A DNA stretch of 64,000 bases from Podarcis liolepis. Lineage: Eukaryota. Location: assembly GCA_965112155.1 (NCBI GenBank), contig OZ218102.1; one strand, written 5' to 3'. Positions 1 through 13,345 of this stretch are shown piece after piece. The stretch's first letter is position 1. Each line of letters begins with the position of its first letter. The position numbers and the translations under genes were made by a program. The notes under the pieces are model-generated. The model was not told the origin of the DNA. It did not search any database and saw nothing but the letters and a program-made list of their open reading frames with translations.

Positions 1-1330
1 CTTAATTGCTGTTTCGTGACTGGAATTCTCAACATCATTTTCTTCTTCAAAGAATAAGTCATGGACCCCTTAGTTTAGATTGGGGTCGTGGCACAGGTTC
101 ATGCCGACAGCTGGATAGCCCAAGATGTTTATAATCCCAGCGACCAAGTAACATAATGTACAGGTTTGGGGAGTAAGAACCAAGCTGCTGGAAGGCTCGG
201 GAATTAAAACAGGAAAACCAGAGACGCAGGGAAAGATCCAGAGTAACTGATCTGATCCTTATGTCATGATGGACAAAGCTAGACTCCCTGGATGTAAACC
301 ATCCAACCCTGTTTGCTTCTGGAAACAAGCAAACAAGCTAATCACTGGCACCGTCTCTTGCTAGGGCACATCCTCTCCAGCTGAACAGGAAAGTGGCCAC
401 ATTCATTCCTCTATTGCTTGCAGGCTAATGTAGGCATCACAATGTTGTCCTCCCATTTGGTAATGGAATTCCTTGTCTCTGAACACATCTGTGATGGCTG
501 GGAAAGGCAGAGGGAGACAAAAAAAAGAGGGGTATGTTTGGCTCCATCAGGTATCAAGAGTGGAGTCTGCTACATGACCCTAGCATGCTATTCCGCAGCA
601 GAGGACTATAGGCAAGTCCACTCCTCCTCTGGCATGCTGGAGCTGCACTCCCTTGTGGCTTCTGTAGAGGTGCAGTCCTGATGTATAGACAGGACTCTGA
701 TAATGACAACTGAGACCCCTACGTTCCAACACAAGGAAACCTTCATCCTTGATGGAGCAGAAGCATGAGCCTGCTAGTGAGCCTGAAAGTCAGTTGCAGC
801 GGCTGCTGCTGAAGAGTGTGTTAGCAAGATGCCTGCACTACCTAGTGTCCCTCTTGGTTTCCTCTGCTGTCTGTGAGCCACTCGCTCTGCATGTACTGAT
901 ACCTTGACTAGCCTGCAGAAGATTTAATTCTCTGCTTCTGGGTTTCCCCTGCCCCTCCCCTTCTTAGCATCCAGCTAGGCTTCAGGTTCTTCTGAACCAA
1001 TCCCAAGGAAGCGGGGCAGCAGGAAATTGTGTCATCACACATTAACCCTTTGCAAGGAGCACCTGTTTATATCCCACCACCACCACCACCCCTTTCTGTA
1101 TTAATTACAGGCTGCCAGAATCCCCAGGGCAACGAGGTTTGCTTTTATTGGCAGCTAATTAAATAACTGTGGAAGTGTGAGGCCATTAGCACTTCATTTA
1201 GTTGGAATTAATCACATTATTTAGTGAGTCAGGGAGCAGGGAAGACTGGGGGTGCCAGGGGGATTCTGGGGCTTCCAGGTGAAAAAGGAGCTATCAATCA
1301 GGTATGCAGGAGGCAGAAAGAATATTTTCA

Positions 1331-1612
1331 ACATAAAGGTATTAAGAAGATCCTGCTGGATCAGGCCAATGGCCCAGCTAGTCTGGCATCCTGTTCTCAC
1401 ATGCCTGTGAGAAGCCTGCAAGTGAGACATTAAGTGCCACAGCACTCTGCCCACCTGCAATGCCTGGAAACCAGGTGTATGCAGGAGGATTCCTGCCTGT
1501 GACCATGGAGGCAGAACATAGCCATGATGTCCAGTAGCCATCAATAGCCTTTTGCTCCATAGATCTGTCTAATCTTCTTTTAAAGCCATCCGAAGTGGTG
1601 GCTATCACTACT
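1331..1612 (-). mobile_element. CR1 LINE 3' fragment
   Basis: Minus-strand remnant IATTSDGFKRRLDRSMEQKAIDGY resembles the CR1 ORF2 C-terminus, followed by the typical squamate CR1 3' UTR (...ggccattggcctgatccagcagg...). Confidence 0.8.
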
Positions 1613-3051
1613 GTACTTCCCCCGGGAGCTTTGCCCTTTTCTCGCAGGCATTTCCTCGTCTTCCTGCTGGTCTCCCCACGCTGTGAAGGAACAACTTACC
1701 TGGCAACTCCCTTTCCCAAGCAAGCAACTTTCTCATCAACCCCCCCCCCCATCACCACCTCCACCATTAAATTACCGGTATTCATTTCCAGGTTTTTTAC
1801 CATTTTGAAATGGGCAGCTGCCTAAGGGTGGAAATAAAATAGAGGCATCGTTCTGGTGGCTGAAGCCACATATCAATCCCCTTGGGTCATAGGCCATGTG
1901 GATGTAGTCAGTTTCCCACTGCCCATGACAAACAGGTCAAAGGGGTAGAGGATGCTTTCACTGTCTCTAGGAAGACGTGCCTGATTTAGGGGTCTTGGGA
2001 CCCTCCAAACTAGTGTTTTATTGTAGGTGCATTGGGCAATAACAGTGCATTGGTGAAAGATTTATTCCACTTTCATTTGTTTTGTGATGGTTCCCCAATT
2101 CTTCCAGTGAAACAAAAGCAGGACCAAAAAAACCTCCAATAAACCCCAGAACATTTGTGGCATGAAAAGTTGTGGGATTTCAGTAGGAAGTGACAGGGAA
2201 ATAAGCAGTATGATCATCCCCAAACCCTTGCAGGGGCAAATGGTACTGAATGCAGTATCACACATGACCAACCTGAGAACATATCATCATGAACATGGAA
2301 TCAAAAGGTGGTCTGGAGGAGACCTTTAAAACATCAAGCCACATTACACTTGATGCAGCTACACCTCTCCCTTTTTCTTAAATTAATAGCAGCACATGGT
2401 GGGTGGGATTGTTATCAGAATTTTAGCACATGCAGAGGGGAGGTTTATCCTTCCCTTCCCATCTATGACACCCACACACCAGCAAATACCCACCCCACCT
2501 GTCCACCAAGTTCCCATTGGTTCCCTTAGTGATTCCTAACACAGGAGTCCTTGTGGAGACACACAGGTGTTAACACATGACCATCAGAAACAACCAAGGA
2601 GCACGTTAAGCATTTCTTTTCCATTAAGGAACATCAGAAGTATTCCTGACTCGTTTGCCATTAGCAGAATTTCCATGTACAGGCACCACTGTCGTGTTCT
2701 GCAAATCGCAGGTTCTTCTGACAGCAGACAAGTCAGATGATGCATTTGCCAAGTGCTAGGGGGATGGGCCTTTGGACAGAAGTGGGGGGGGGAGCAGTCA
2801 TTATTTAGACGGCAAATAGCAAAAAGAAGATTTCCGAGGAGCAAAACTGAGGGCTAGGCAGTTGCTAGGCTACATGTTACCTTTATCACGCAGGCAGTTT
2901 GAAGCAGCCTCTGTGTGTAGAACCACTGCTATGTCACACGAGGATGGCTCCATGCCAACGCGGTTCTGCCTTGCCTTAGGTAACTATGAAAAGCAGACAT
3001 CAGACCCAGATCCCCTCCCTGCTCCCACGCATTGGAACAGGCTTCCTTCTT

Positions 3052-3600
3052 GTTTCATTAATTTATTAAATCTGTATACTGCCCTTCATCTGAAGATCAA
3101 ACAAACCAATACCACCACCCCCCCCAAAAAAAGGCTGTAGAATGTTAATCAGCCAAATGGTGGAAGAGGAATATTTTTGCCTAGAGCCTGAAGATATGTA
3201 ATGAAGACACCAGGTGAGCTTTCTTGGAGAGAGCATTCCACAAGCTGGTACCCAGTGCAGAAAAGGCCCTTTCTTGTGCTGCCACCCTCCAGACCTCTTG
3301 CAAAGGAAGAGCTTCAGATGATGATCACAGGGTTTGGGTCAATTCATACGGGGAGAGGCAGTCCTTGACGTATTCCAGTCCTGAGCCATTTAAGGCTTTA
3401 TAGGTCAAAACCAGCACTTTGAATTGGGCCTGCAAACTCATTGGCAGCTAGTGCAGCCAGGCCAGGATCGGTGTAATATGCTCAAACAGTCTTGTCCCAG
3501 TGAGCAGCCTGGCTGCCGAATTCTGCACCACCTGGAGTTTCCAAACAGTCTTCAGAGGCAGCCCCACATATAACACGTTGCAGTAATCTAACCTACAAGT
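3052..3600 (-). mobile_element. L2-clade LINE 3' fragment
   Basis: [33 protein letters not shown]...[10 protein letters not shown] is a diagnostic L2 ORF2 C-terminal segment. Ends in the ...gggcagtata...aataaa tail. Confidence 0.85.
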
Positions 3601-5447
3601 TCTGATGCCCTTCCTTGACATCACAGCAGCTCCTCCAATCCCAGGCACACTTCTAAAACTGCCTTTCCTGTGCAAGTTGCTTTCATGTAGTCATTTGCAA
3701 TGTACTGTAATTATTATAACTTGTCCATTTCACTGTACGTACCAAGTATATGCATGCAGTGAGACAGATTGCCTACGTGTGCCTTTTTAAAGATCCCGTC
3801 CACTACACAGATTTCTATATAGGACAGAGCATCTGAAGTGACCCACAGAGACTTCTCTCAGTGCCACTGGCCTCTACAGTATAGGCAAGCTGTTCTTGAA
3901 TTGTCAACGGCACAAAGGCATGGAAGAGGGACACTTACACTTTCAGATTGGCTTCCAACCAGCCCTTGTCTGTGCTGCCCTCTGCTGGAAGGCCTCCATT
4001 CTGCATGCTCAAGTGCCCTCAACTGGCAGCCAGTGCTGGGGTTTGCAGCCCCCCCCCCTTGGGCTGGACTGGCAGTTTCCTTTGCTTTTACTGCTGCAGC
4101 AGGCTTGTTGTGAGCGAGCGCTCACTCCCCTCCCAGGGGAACTCTGTCTGCCGTCACCAGAACTCACAGCATTTAAAATTCATTGACATTTCATTGGAGA
4201 AAATTAAGAGCGAGCAAGTTGGCTTGAATAGGGAATTAGCAACACTCTCTCCCAGCAACTTCTCAGCGGTGTCAGAGGCAGCGGCAAATTGACATGCAAG
4301 GCAGGGGAGAGGGGAAGGAGTGAGAGCAGTTTGTGGAGCAGAGGAAATGCTGGGTCCCGCCAGTCATAAGGCTGCTGGGATTATTGCTTTGCAAACGTAC
4401 CTAAGGTTAGGGTTTTTGTTTTTGTTTTAATTCCCCTGCACGATGTAATTTAAAAAAAAATAATCTAAAGGGAAGCAAAGCGATTATCCAAATAGCAGCT
4501 CATTCGCCTAATCCAGTTAAAAGAGAAGCTCTGGTGAAAACAGAATGATAGGTCTTGCTGCAAAGAGACATTTGAGCCCCCGGGGAGCCCCACCCCAAAT
4601 CCTCCCAGACCTCCTCTAGGGGTAAAGAAAAACCAACCATTTATTTGCAAATTTGCCACAGCTGCCGAGAGAGTGTGGAGGCAGTGAAAGTAATTTCCAC
4701 TGACCTCCCAGCTCTCGGCGTCTCCTTGTCGCTGCTTCGCATCAGGCAAGGAGGCTGCTCAGTCATGCGTATACTTCAAATCTATTGATGCCCAAATTTA
4801 ATCAGGTGGCTGAGGGCAGCCCTAGAAAGTCGTGCATGTGACTCTGTGCAACACAGGACCCTCAAAGACTACACAGAGACATGTGAGGCCAAGCAAACAA
4901 GCAGGTGACAGTAAAGTAATGCTTCCCAAGTTTCTTTTTGATAGAAATTCAAGCTAATTTCTGGAGCCCCCAACCCAGCCTGCTCCACAGATGAATGTGC
5001 AGAGATCCTTGCAAGCAATGGCGGGTCTATAGCCTGCTGCAGCATCCAGAGGTCTGTGCATAGGGGTAACGATGCCAACCTGATATCATTCCACTGACAA
5101 ACTATTTCTGGCCCCCTTCCTAAAGAGGGACAGACAAAACAGTCTGTGTCCGTTTTGCAAGTGTTCATTCACACATCCATGACTGTGAAGGAACAGTGTA
5201 CTGTTAAAAGTATTTTTTAAAAGATTCTTCAGCATACATTTCTACAATCAGTCTGGCTCTCCTAGATTTGTGCCTCTGACCGTTTTCCTTTCGAGATTTG
5301 CTAACCAAGCCCATTCTCCCTTGTGCAGATCCATCTTCTCAAATACTATTAGGAACAGCCAGGAAAACTCCCACTTTTGCCACTCTTTAAGCCCTTTGAC
5401 TAAGTGAAAAAAAGGTGGTCGCTAATCCACATTTCGTGATCATATTA

Positions 5448-5541
5448 GAATAGAATCATAGAGTTGGAATAGACCACAAGGGCCATCGAGTCCAACCCCC
5501 TGCCAAGCAGGAAACACCATCAGAGCACTCCTGACATATGG
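5448..5541 (-). mobile_element. Young CR1 3' end ((TTCTATGA)n-type tail)
   Basis: About 59 nt match the reverse complement of the copy at 42378-42448 with one mismatch. Confidence 0.8.
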
Positions 5542-5589
5542 TGAATATTGCCGGAAATGCACTGCCTGCTCCTATGCATGTTTACTCAG

Positions 5590-5701
5590 AAGCAAGAAGA
5601 GGTGGAATGGCCTCTGTCATGGATGCTTTAGTTGAGATTTCTGCATCGCAGGGGGCTGGACTAGATGGAGCCCATTCCAACTCTGCAATTCTATGATTCT
5701 A
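5590..5701 (+). mobile_element. CR1 3' end inserted into a palindromic squamate repeat (host ~5562-5760)
   Basis: ...gcagggggctggactagatg...ttccaactctgcaattctatgattct tail. The flanks rejoin as cctatgcatgtttactcagaag|taagtcc...gttcaatgggg...gcacaggattgcag. Confidence 0.7.
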
Positions 5702-7702
5702 AGTCCTGCAGAGTTCAATGGGGCATATTCCCCAAGAATGCATGCACAGGATTGCAGTCACAGAATCAGAGATTAGAAGTCTTGGGTGGAGGCCAGTTGC
5801 TATTCTCTGCCGCTGGGCACAATCTTTTGTGGAAGCAAGCACTGGAAAAAGGGGTCATTATCTGCCCTGGACACCTTCTCTCACGGGACAGAGTTTGTGG
5901 CAGAATGAGGATCTAAAATGTTTTTCAAAAGTAGAGGGCCTTCTCTTGCCTCTGCTCGGTTTTAGAACAATCCTCCTCAAATTTCAGTGCAGGATCTGTG
6001 TCTGCCTCCAGCGTACTGGAAACAAGAAGGAGAACTGAGCAGAACCTGACTTCATGCAGCCCAAATCTGCAAGCTAGTGGCAGGGAGGCAGTGACCTTTA
6101 GGAACGCATTGTGATTCCAGGCAGGATCAGGCATTTCTGTGGATTACACAAATGGATAGAATAGGGTTCTCAGAAAGTACAGCTTGCTTTAGCCCATTAA
6201 TTATAATTAATTGCTTGCCTGTAATTAAAATTAACATGATCATCATGTTTCAATAAAGGTGATAGTTGGGTAATTTTACACGGTTATAAACAGAAGTCTT
6301 CCCTAGTCAAAATAATAAAAGATAGGAGGTACATGCCTAGAAGCAGAAGGCATTGTTTGCTGAGGAAATCCTATCTGTTGTCCCTCTTTAAGCACATAGG
6401 GCCAATCTACATGGGTTATTAATATGTCTTTGCATACAACTTTCAGGTTTTTGAAAAATGCAAAGAGCATCTGCTGTGATGAGAGGGCTGATAACTTTTG
6501 GAACCACAGCAGGCATGGATCAGGAAGGGGGGATTTCTTCCCAGTACAAATTCCAGCTTCAGAAGATGGATCTTACTCAAGACCAAAGCAGGGGAGGAAA
6601 GGGTTTAATCACATCCCATGCTGTGATAATTATCCCCCGCCCCTCTTTGGCTAATGCTATTTGCATTTATTAAAAGCGGCGCTGTTAAAAGCAAAGATGC
6701 ATTTAAGGTCATGTGTAGCTTGGCTCTAACGCACTTCCTAACTCAAGATATGTCAAGTGCACAGATTATTTACAAAAATGCCATCAGCGCAGAACGTCTC
6801 CGAAAAGACAGCTCTCATTAAAACCCCACAGTTTTAGTCTGATTAAGCTTACGTGTTCCCAGCCATGGTCTAGAGCTTCTTATTAAAGTGACACCTTTCA
6901 CGTTAGATGACAGGAAACACTGTTTGCCACCATGTGGAAACATGGAAGGAACTGGCAGCCAATTCCAGCTCTTGGGGGCGTGTCTGGATGGTACATATTT
7001 TTTTAAAAAATATATTAAATTGTATACTGCCCTAATCCCGCAGATCTCAGGACGGTTCACAACACAAATCACAATATGACAGATAGTAAATATGTCTGAA
7101 ATTTTTAAAGTGTTATTAAAGTGTTTCAAAATACATTTAAGATTTGGAAGCTCAGCATCATTAGAATCAATGCTACATGTTCAGTTAAACAAACTTAACA
7201 ACCAAACCCAATTTGATGAGCCGTTATGTTGTTTTTGCTCACTCCCATTCCAGTTAAGTCTGTTCTTCAGAAATTATAAATAGTATCAGGATATAAAATC
7301 AACAGGACCCAAACCCAGATTTATTGGTTTTCATCTGTATGTGCAAGAAATACTCATTATACAGAGACAGGTTTGATTCTCAGTGGAGTATAAGGCCAGT
7401 CAGACATTTAGATATTCTGCTCTGCTCATTCATAAGCAGAATTAATTAGCAACAGTAACTTTAAGCTCAGAGCCAAGGGCTCAAGGAGATATCCAGGATA
7501 TTGAAGTATTTGAATGTATCTCGTTCTGGAAGACTCTTGTCTAAATCTTTTAAAACTCTTTCAAAATCTTACAGTGAAGTTAATGATCAACACAGGGGGG
7601 AAATGGCAAAAAGTTTCCCAAGACTTTTGATCCAATGGTAGGAGCAAATTCAGGTTTATTCCAGATCAAAATGAAAGAGAGAGGGTTAGCATTTCCAGAT
7701 TT

Positions 7703-7793
7703 GGGCTGCAATCCTGTATTGCCTTACCTGAGAGTATGTCCCATTGAGCTCTATTGGACTAACTTTTGGGAAGACATGCATAGGATTGCTCTG
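7703..7793. repeat. Short palindromic (MITE-like) squamate repeat
   Basis: gggctgcaatcct...cataggattgc inverted ends. Related copies at ~5562-5760 and ~35825-35900. Confidence 0.6.
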
Positions 7794-8680
7794 TTAGGTT
7801 ACCGTGGTTATGCTGAGCAAACGACAGACCACAATGGAGTGCATTAAGCAAGTTAAGGACATACGAAGGGATCAATATCTCCTTGAAATATTTACTACAG
7901 GTAAACGAAGAAAGAAACTGGGTTCAAAAGAAGCAGCTTGGGTAATGTTTGAGGAACAAGCCAAAATCTGAGTGGATAATAATAAGTTCAAAGGTTTGTT
8001 ATAAAAGTTTTATTCCTCTGCCCTACTTTAACTTTGTCTGTAATTCTGTCTCAGCCAGTACAACAGAGAAACATCCACATTTTACTTCCCTACTTCCCCC
8101 TGTCTCCCTTTCCTCTATTTTTTTCGTGCATGTTGAATTTTAGATTGCAAAATCTTTGAGGGAAGGGACCTGGTGCTATGTACTATGCAAAGCACCATGC
8201 ACACTGATGGTGCTATATGAATAAGTAAATGTTGGGGGTGGGAAACCTCTTAATGTGCAAAATGGAATACAGATATTAAAAACTAACAAGAGGACTTGTC
8301 AGAATAAAGGGATGAAGCTATCACCTTGCATTAAGTTCTGCATCACTTCCGCTGATAATCAAAGTCAAAATGTAAGTGCTGGGTCAGTATGTTTGCAGTA
8401 GAGCATTTTCAGGTGGCTGTGCTGGGCTCAAAACAAAACAAAACCCCTCTCCCTCCTTCTCTTGTTCCCCTTTAAGAAACTCCAACAGCCAGGCCATAGC
8501 AGGAATCTCATTACCCATACCTGACTTGTTTATAGAGGCTCAGCTGTGCCAATCTGCTTTAATGGGACGTGAAGGACAAACATGCTCAAAAAACTAAATA
8601 AAACAACGTCAAATTGTCATTGAGTTGCCCAGAAAAGAGATCACTGGGAAGTCACCATATTCTGTGCAGAGTAATCAGAG

Positions 8681-8717
<37 letters not shown>

Positions 8718-11700
8718 ATCTATACAAACACACACACTTGTTTCTGCATCTCAGTCGCCAGTTTCTACAGGACTAGATGCACTCTGCTTCCTAGAACTTC
8801 TCACCATTATCAAGTCCTTCCTCTTCCACAGTTCCCCCTGCTGTTCTTTCAGCAGCTGAGGTTCAAAGGTGGAATGTATGATAACTTTTTAAGTTGCGGT
8901 GGGAGCAAAGGCACAATGAAAAATTTATTAAAACAATGACCGTAAGGAACCTTCATGGTTTAAGTAAACCTCCTTATACAGTGTTAGAAGAAAACTGAAC
9001 TCATGGGATGCTTCAGAACATTGCTGGGTTGGCAGTCAGTGAGGTTGCTTTCACTGGGGCATCATAAAAGGGACAGTGCAAGCCGGGATGGTGCATCGGT
9101 GAGACTGCTGGGCTTGGACGTGGCAGAGAAAAGCTCAGGTCCTTGGTCAAGTCATAAAGCCCATTGCCCTTTCGCTACTTGGCCTGCCTCACTGTATACT
9201 TCTGAGCAGAGATGAGATCAGAACTGTAAAGTCTAAAATAATAATATGGGAATACAAACCCCAATTTTCCGACTAAATGGGGCAGAAATTAAGACACTGG
9301 AAAAGGGATGTCTAAGACCTAATTTTCCTTTCAGAATGTGGCAGTTTCCAGTGAGCCCGCACTGATTTCATCCATACACCAAGCCTCTTGTATGCATGTT
9401 GACAGGATGCGCAGCTGTCATCACAAACTGGCTTTGGGTCCACCATCATGATTGTTCATTCCCCTGTTCTAGACTAGAGGTGGAGGCCAAATAATGAGGT
9501 GGTGAAGGTTGATTTGGATGTCTTCTGCCCCCATTACTGCCACCCCATGAGTCAAAGTTGATCATAATCACTTCCCAGGTTGGACCACATGTTGCTCTGT
9601 TGTTTCTGTACCTTATGGCTCTACGTTTTCCTATGAATCTCTAGGTACAGGGGCCTTACAAGAAGAGAGGCCAGCCAAAACATTTCCTGTCTAGATTGAA
9701 TATTCTCTGAATTGCTTTTTGTTAAACCAAGGCAGAGGAGGGTGTTTTTAAAAATAAAGTTAAAAGCTTCATTTATGGGCTTTTAAAAAAAATGAAAACC
9801 CTGCATTGCTCTGGTTTAACAAACAGCTAAACAAAACTCAAGAGCTCTTCAGAATTCTGCAGGCAACATTTTGCATAGAGTCTCACAGGAAGGCCTACTG
9901 AATGCCTGGAAGGCCTGTCAAAAGAAGCAAGTGCTGGAAAGAAAGGCTGGGGTGACAATGTCTTTTTTAAAATAAAAAATATACAAGCAACAATACACAC
10001 CACTCCGTCACTTTTTCATTTTAAGCCTTTAAAAAAGCAAGAAACACCTCACCTGATTTCTAGAGGCAAGTGAATTCCTTTCATTTCCCTCACAAAAAGC
10101 TCCTGCACCTATTTGCCTGCAATTTGGCAGGCTTCATCCACTCTAGAATGGCTCTGTACCTGTAAATTTCATCTACTTATAGCTACTTTTAAATTCCCCA
10201 TGAATGTGAATTGGGGGGCCAAAGAACTTCATTTGCACAAAGTAATTCAGAACCTGAAACACAGGTCAAAGTGGAAAGTGCACAGAGCAACTGGGAAACA
10301 GACTGGAAGTTTCAAAGAAGCTCACATACAGATGCAAAACATGAACGGTTTCTAACCAGGCTTGCCAATAGCAGCAGCAGCAGGAACAACAACAACAACA
10401 TTTTTCAGCAACTTTTTTTTGTACATTTCTTATTTTATTTATCCTTGTACCAACCCCATGAAGCAGATTAGAGAGGGCAAGAGCAAGGCAATTTCCATTG
10501 AGCTTCATGGCTAAGCAAGGAATTGAACTTCCAACATGGATGTCTTCCCCAGTTTACAGAAAACCTAAAAAGGTGGTTGCTAGTAAGCTCTGAATTTTGC
10601 CTCTGTATTTATGTACTGAATCATTTTAAATCTAGAATACAACATTGATCCTAAATTTATTATACAGAGACATGATGCTGGAGGAATTAAGATTATTTCA
10701 GATTAATTTACAATATAATAATGACTTAGTTTAATATATGTGTTATTAAATTGTACATTGTTGTATATATTGTGCTTTTTTAAAAAAATACAAGCATTTT
10801 CTAAAAATAATCTATAACAGAGCACCAGAAACGTATGCAAATCCTATGAGAGAAGAGAGCAAATGTTATTAGAAGCTGAGGAAATATCCATGTAAACGTA
10901 ACGGATTCAAATACTTAAAAGGAGGTGCTGAGCCCTTGACATATGCCTGTAAAAAGGTTGTTGTTGGCGTTGTTAATTGAATTAGTATTCTGCCTTTCAA
11001 CCCAAACATCTCCAGGGCAGTAATGTAGCTGGCATGAGTCTGATTTAAATTGTGCTTATACTGTGAATCTAAATTCAATTTCATTTATAATGAATTGATT
11101 TATTATTTATTAAAGTATTTAGGCTGCCTTTCGGGATAAAGAAATCCCCACAGAGTGGTTTGCAATGCAATGCATTGCAATAAATAAAATAAAATAAAAT
11201 AAAATAAAATCTATTTAAAGCTCCACAAAGGTTATGTGGGACACTGTTCAAACCTTTGTCATTAGGATTTCAATAATTTCCTGATAGTCCAGTTCTCTGT
11301 ATTTCCCAGGTGATCCTTATTTCACCTGGCCTTGGCTTTCCTTGTGCTGACTATCCATTTTCTTTCATAGTATGGGAAGAGACTGTCCGCCCAAACAAGC
11401 CCAACTGCTGCCTGCTTTACAGAACCTCCTGGATGACTACGGATTTGTGTCACTGCCCATTTCCATGAAAGATTTATTCATGCATTTTGCACAATGCCAC
11501 AATCCCACATGCAACTTTTAAAAAGGATAATAAAGGATGATCTGCATGACTGCCTTGGCAAGCGCAATACCTGCCAGTGGGTGGAGGAAGGAAACCTCAA
11601 TGGAGCCCAGAGCAGCCTTTCTGGCACAGGAGAGCTCACTGTTGTGCAAACACAAGATCCTCTCAGAATCTGCAGCATCACAACAGCCGGCTGTGCCGTG

Positions 11701-13204
11701 TAAAGATGGAGTAAACCCTACAAACCCAGCGCTGTGCAGATGAAGTGCAGACGAGCCCTGAGAAAGAACTGGGGGGGGGAGGGAACCATTAAGGGCAGTA
11801 AAGGGGGGTTGTCAGAAAGAGGCACCCATAAGAGGACACAATTCTACAGGTGCATCTACGTCAGGGTTCATCAGGCTTTTGTTACAGAGAGCCTCCCCTG
11901 AATGAAGAGACAAACGGCTCTGGCCTCTGCAGTTGTAGCTGACAATATGAAGACAAATTAGCCAGCAAAACTCACTTCTGAGTTTTGGCCAGGCAGATCA
12001 ATGCAGGGAGGGGAACAGGAGGGAAAACCCCTGGCGTGCTTCACTGTAAGACCAGCAAAAATGAGGGAACAGCACTATTGTTGCCTTCCCCCACCTCCAA
12101 CCACAACATCAGTCAAAACTAGGGCAGAGCGAAGATGCACACACAGAGCGGGTAATGCCTAAGTACAATGCCTAAGATAATGGAGGAGGAGGAGAGCCAA
12201 GTCGTCCTTCTTGGCACAGTCAAGATATACCACCAAATGAAAGTGTGCGGCTGAGAGAAGTGAAGAACAGGAAGCAAATGAAGTCGGGGGGGGGGGGCTG
12301 CAACAAAATGTTGCAGTGTGTGGAACGCTCCTATTCCGGATTCAAGCAGCAACCCATACCTTGTTCCAGGATATTCTATTCCTCCACCTCTGTGGGCTCA
12401 ATGGGCTGTTTTTTTAATTTCCCCATCCCTTTAGGTTTTAAAAAAATTACTTTTTTGCACTTCTGCAAACATTGCGGCTCCCCCAATGTCTGGTGATACC
12501 TTCCTTTTGTGCGTGGATGCTACTGTTTTGGCTACAGAGGATGAGTTCACTGTTGATATATCATGCTTTTTGTTTCTGCGTGCTCAAAGCAAACCAAATG
12601 CATTATGGCAGTGAAGCAACTCACAACATTCCTTACTGTGAATGTCTCACCCAGATTCTTAAAAAGAGAGCTCCAACCCATCTCTGTGTAGAGAATCAGG
12701 CAGATAACTGTTAACAGAGACATTGTATGGAATGAAAGTACCTTGTTACCAAACGCCACACTGATAGTGAGAAAACTGGGACTCGCAGCCCAAGACCTTT
12801 TAATTTTCTGGTGAGACATATCCGTGCCAAAGGGCAAGAAAGGTCAGACATGATGTCGCAGCAAACAGAGAGCAATATAAACTGCCTGTTTTCAGAAATC
12901 ACAACATTAACACAATGCCTTTGCACCCTGGTCAGATTTTCTCCAGCTGCACAATATTGACCCTGCCTCCCTTTTCAGCGCTATCCTAAACCCTCGCTCT
13001 TAGGCCAATTTTACTTTTGCATCAACTGAGAAATGTACACATTTTGCATTATTTCCATTTTATCCTGGCAAGTAACTCATTTTCTTCCTAGCCTGGAGAG
13101 CAGTTAAGCCCTACGCACAATCTGAGCATGAATGGGAGGCGCACTAGCACATTTTGCACATGAAGAGCAGAGGAACTGCCGACTGCTTGGCCAATGTGAG
13201 AACC

Positions 13205-13345
13205 TAGCTGGCTATTCTTATCAGGCCAATAGCCCATCTAGTGTAGCATCTTGTTCTCACCCCAAGCAGCCAGATGCCCAAGGGAAACCGCCCAGCGAAC
13301 TTTGAGCACAAGAGAACTCTCCCCTCCTGGGGTTTCCAGCAACTT
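13205..13345 (-). mobile_element. Degraded CR1 3' UTR fragment
   Basis: atcaggccaatagcccatctagtgtagcatcttgttctcac... is similar to the 1331-1612 copy. Confidence 0.6.
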
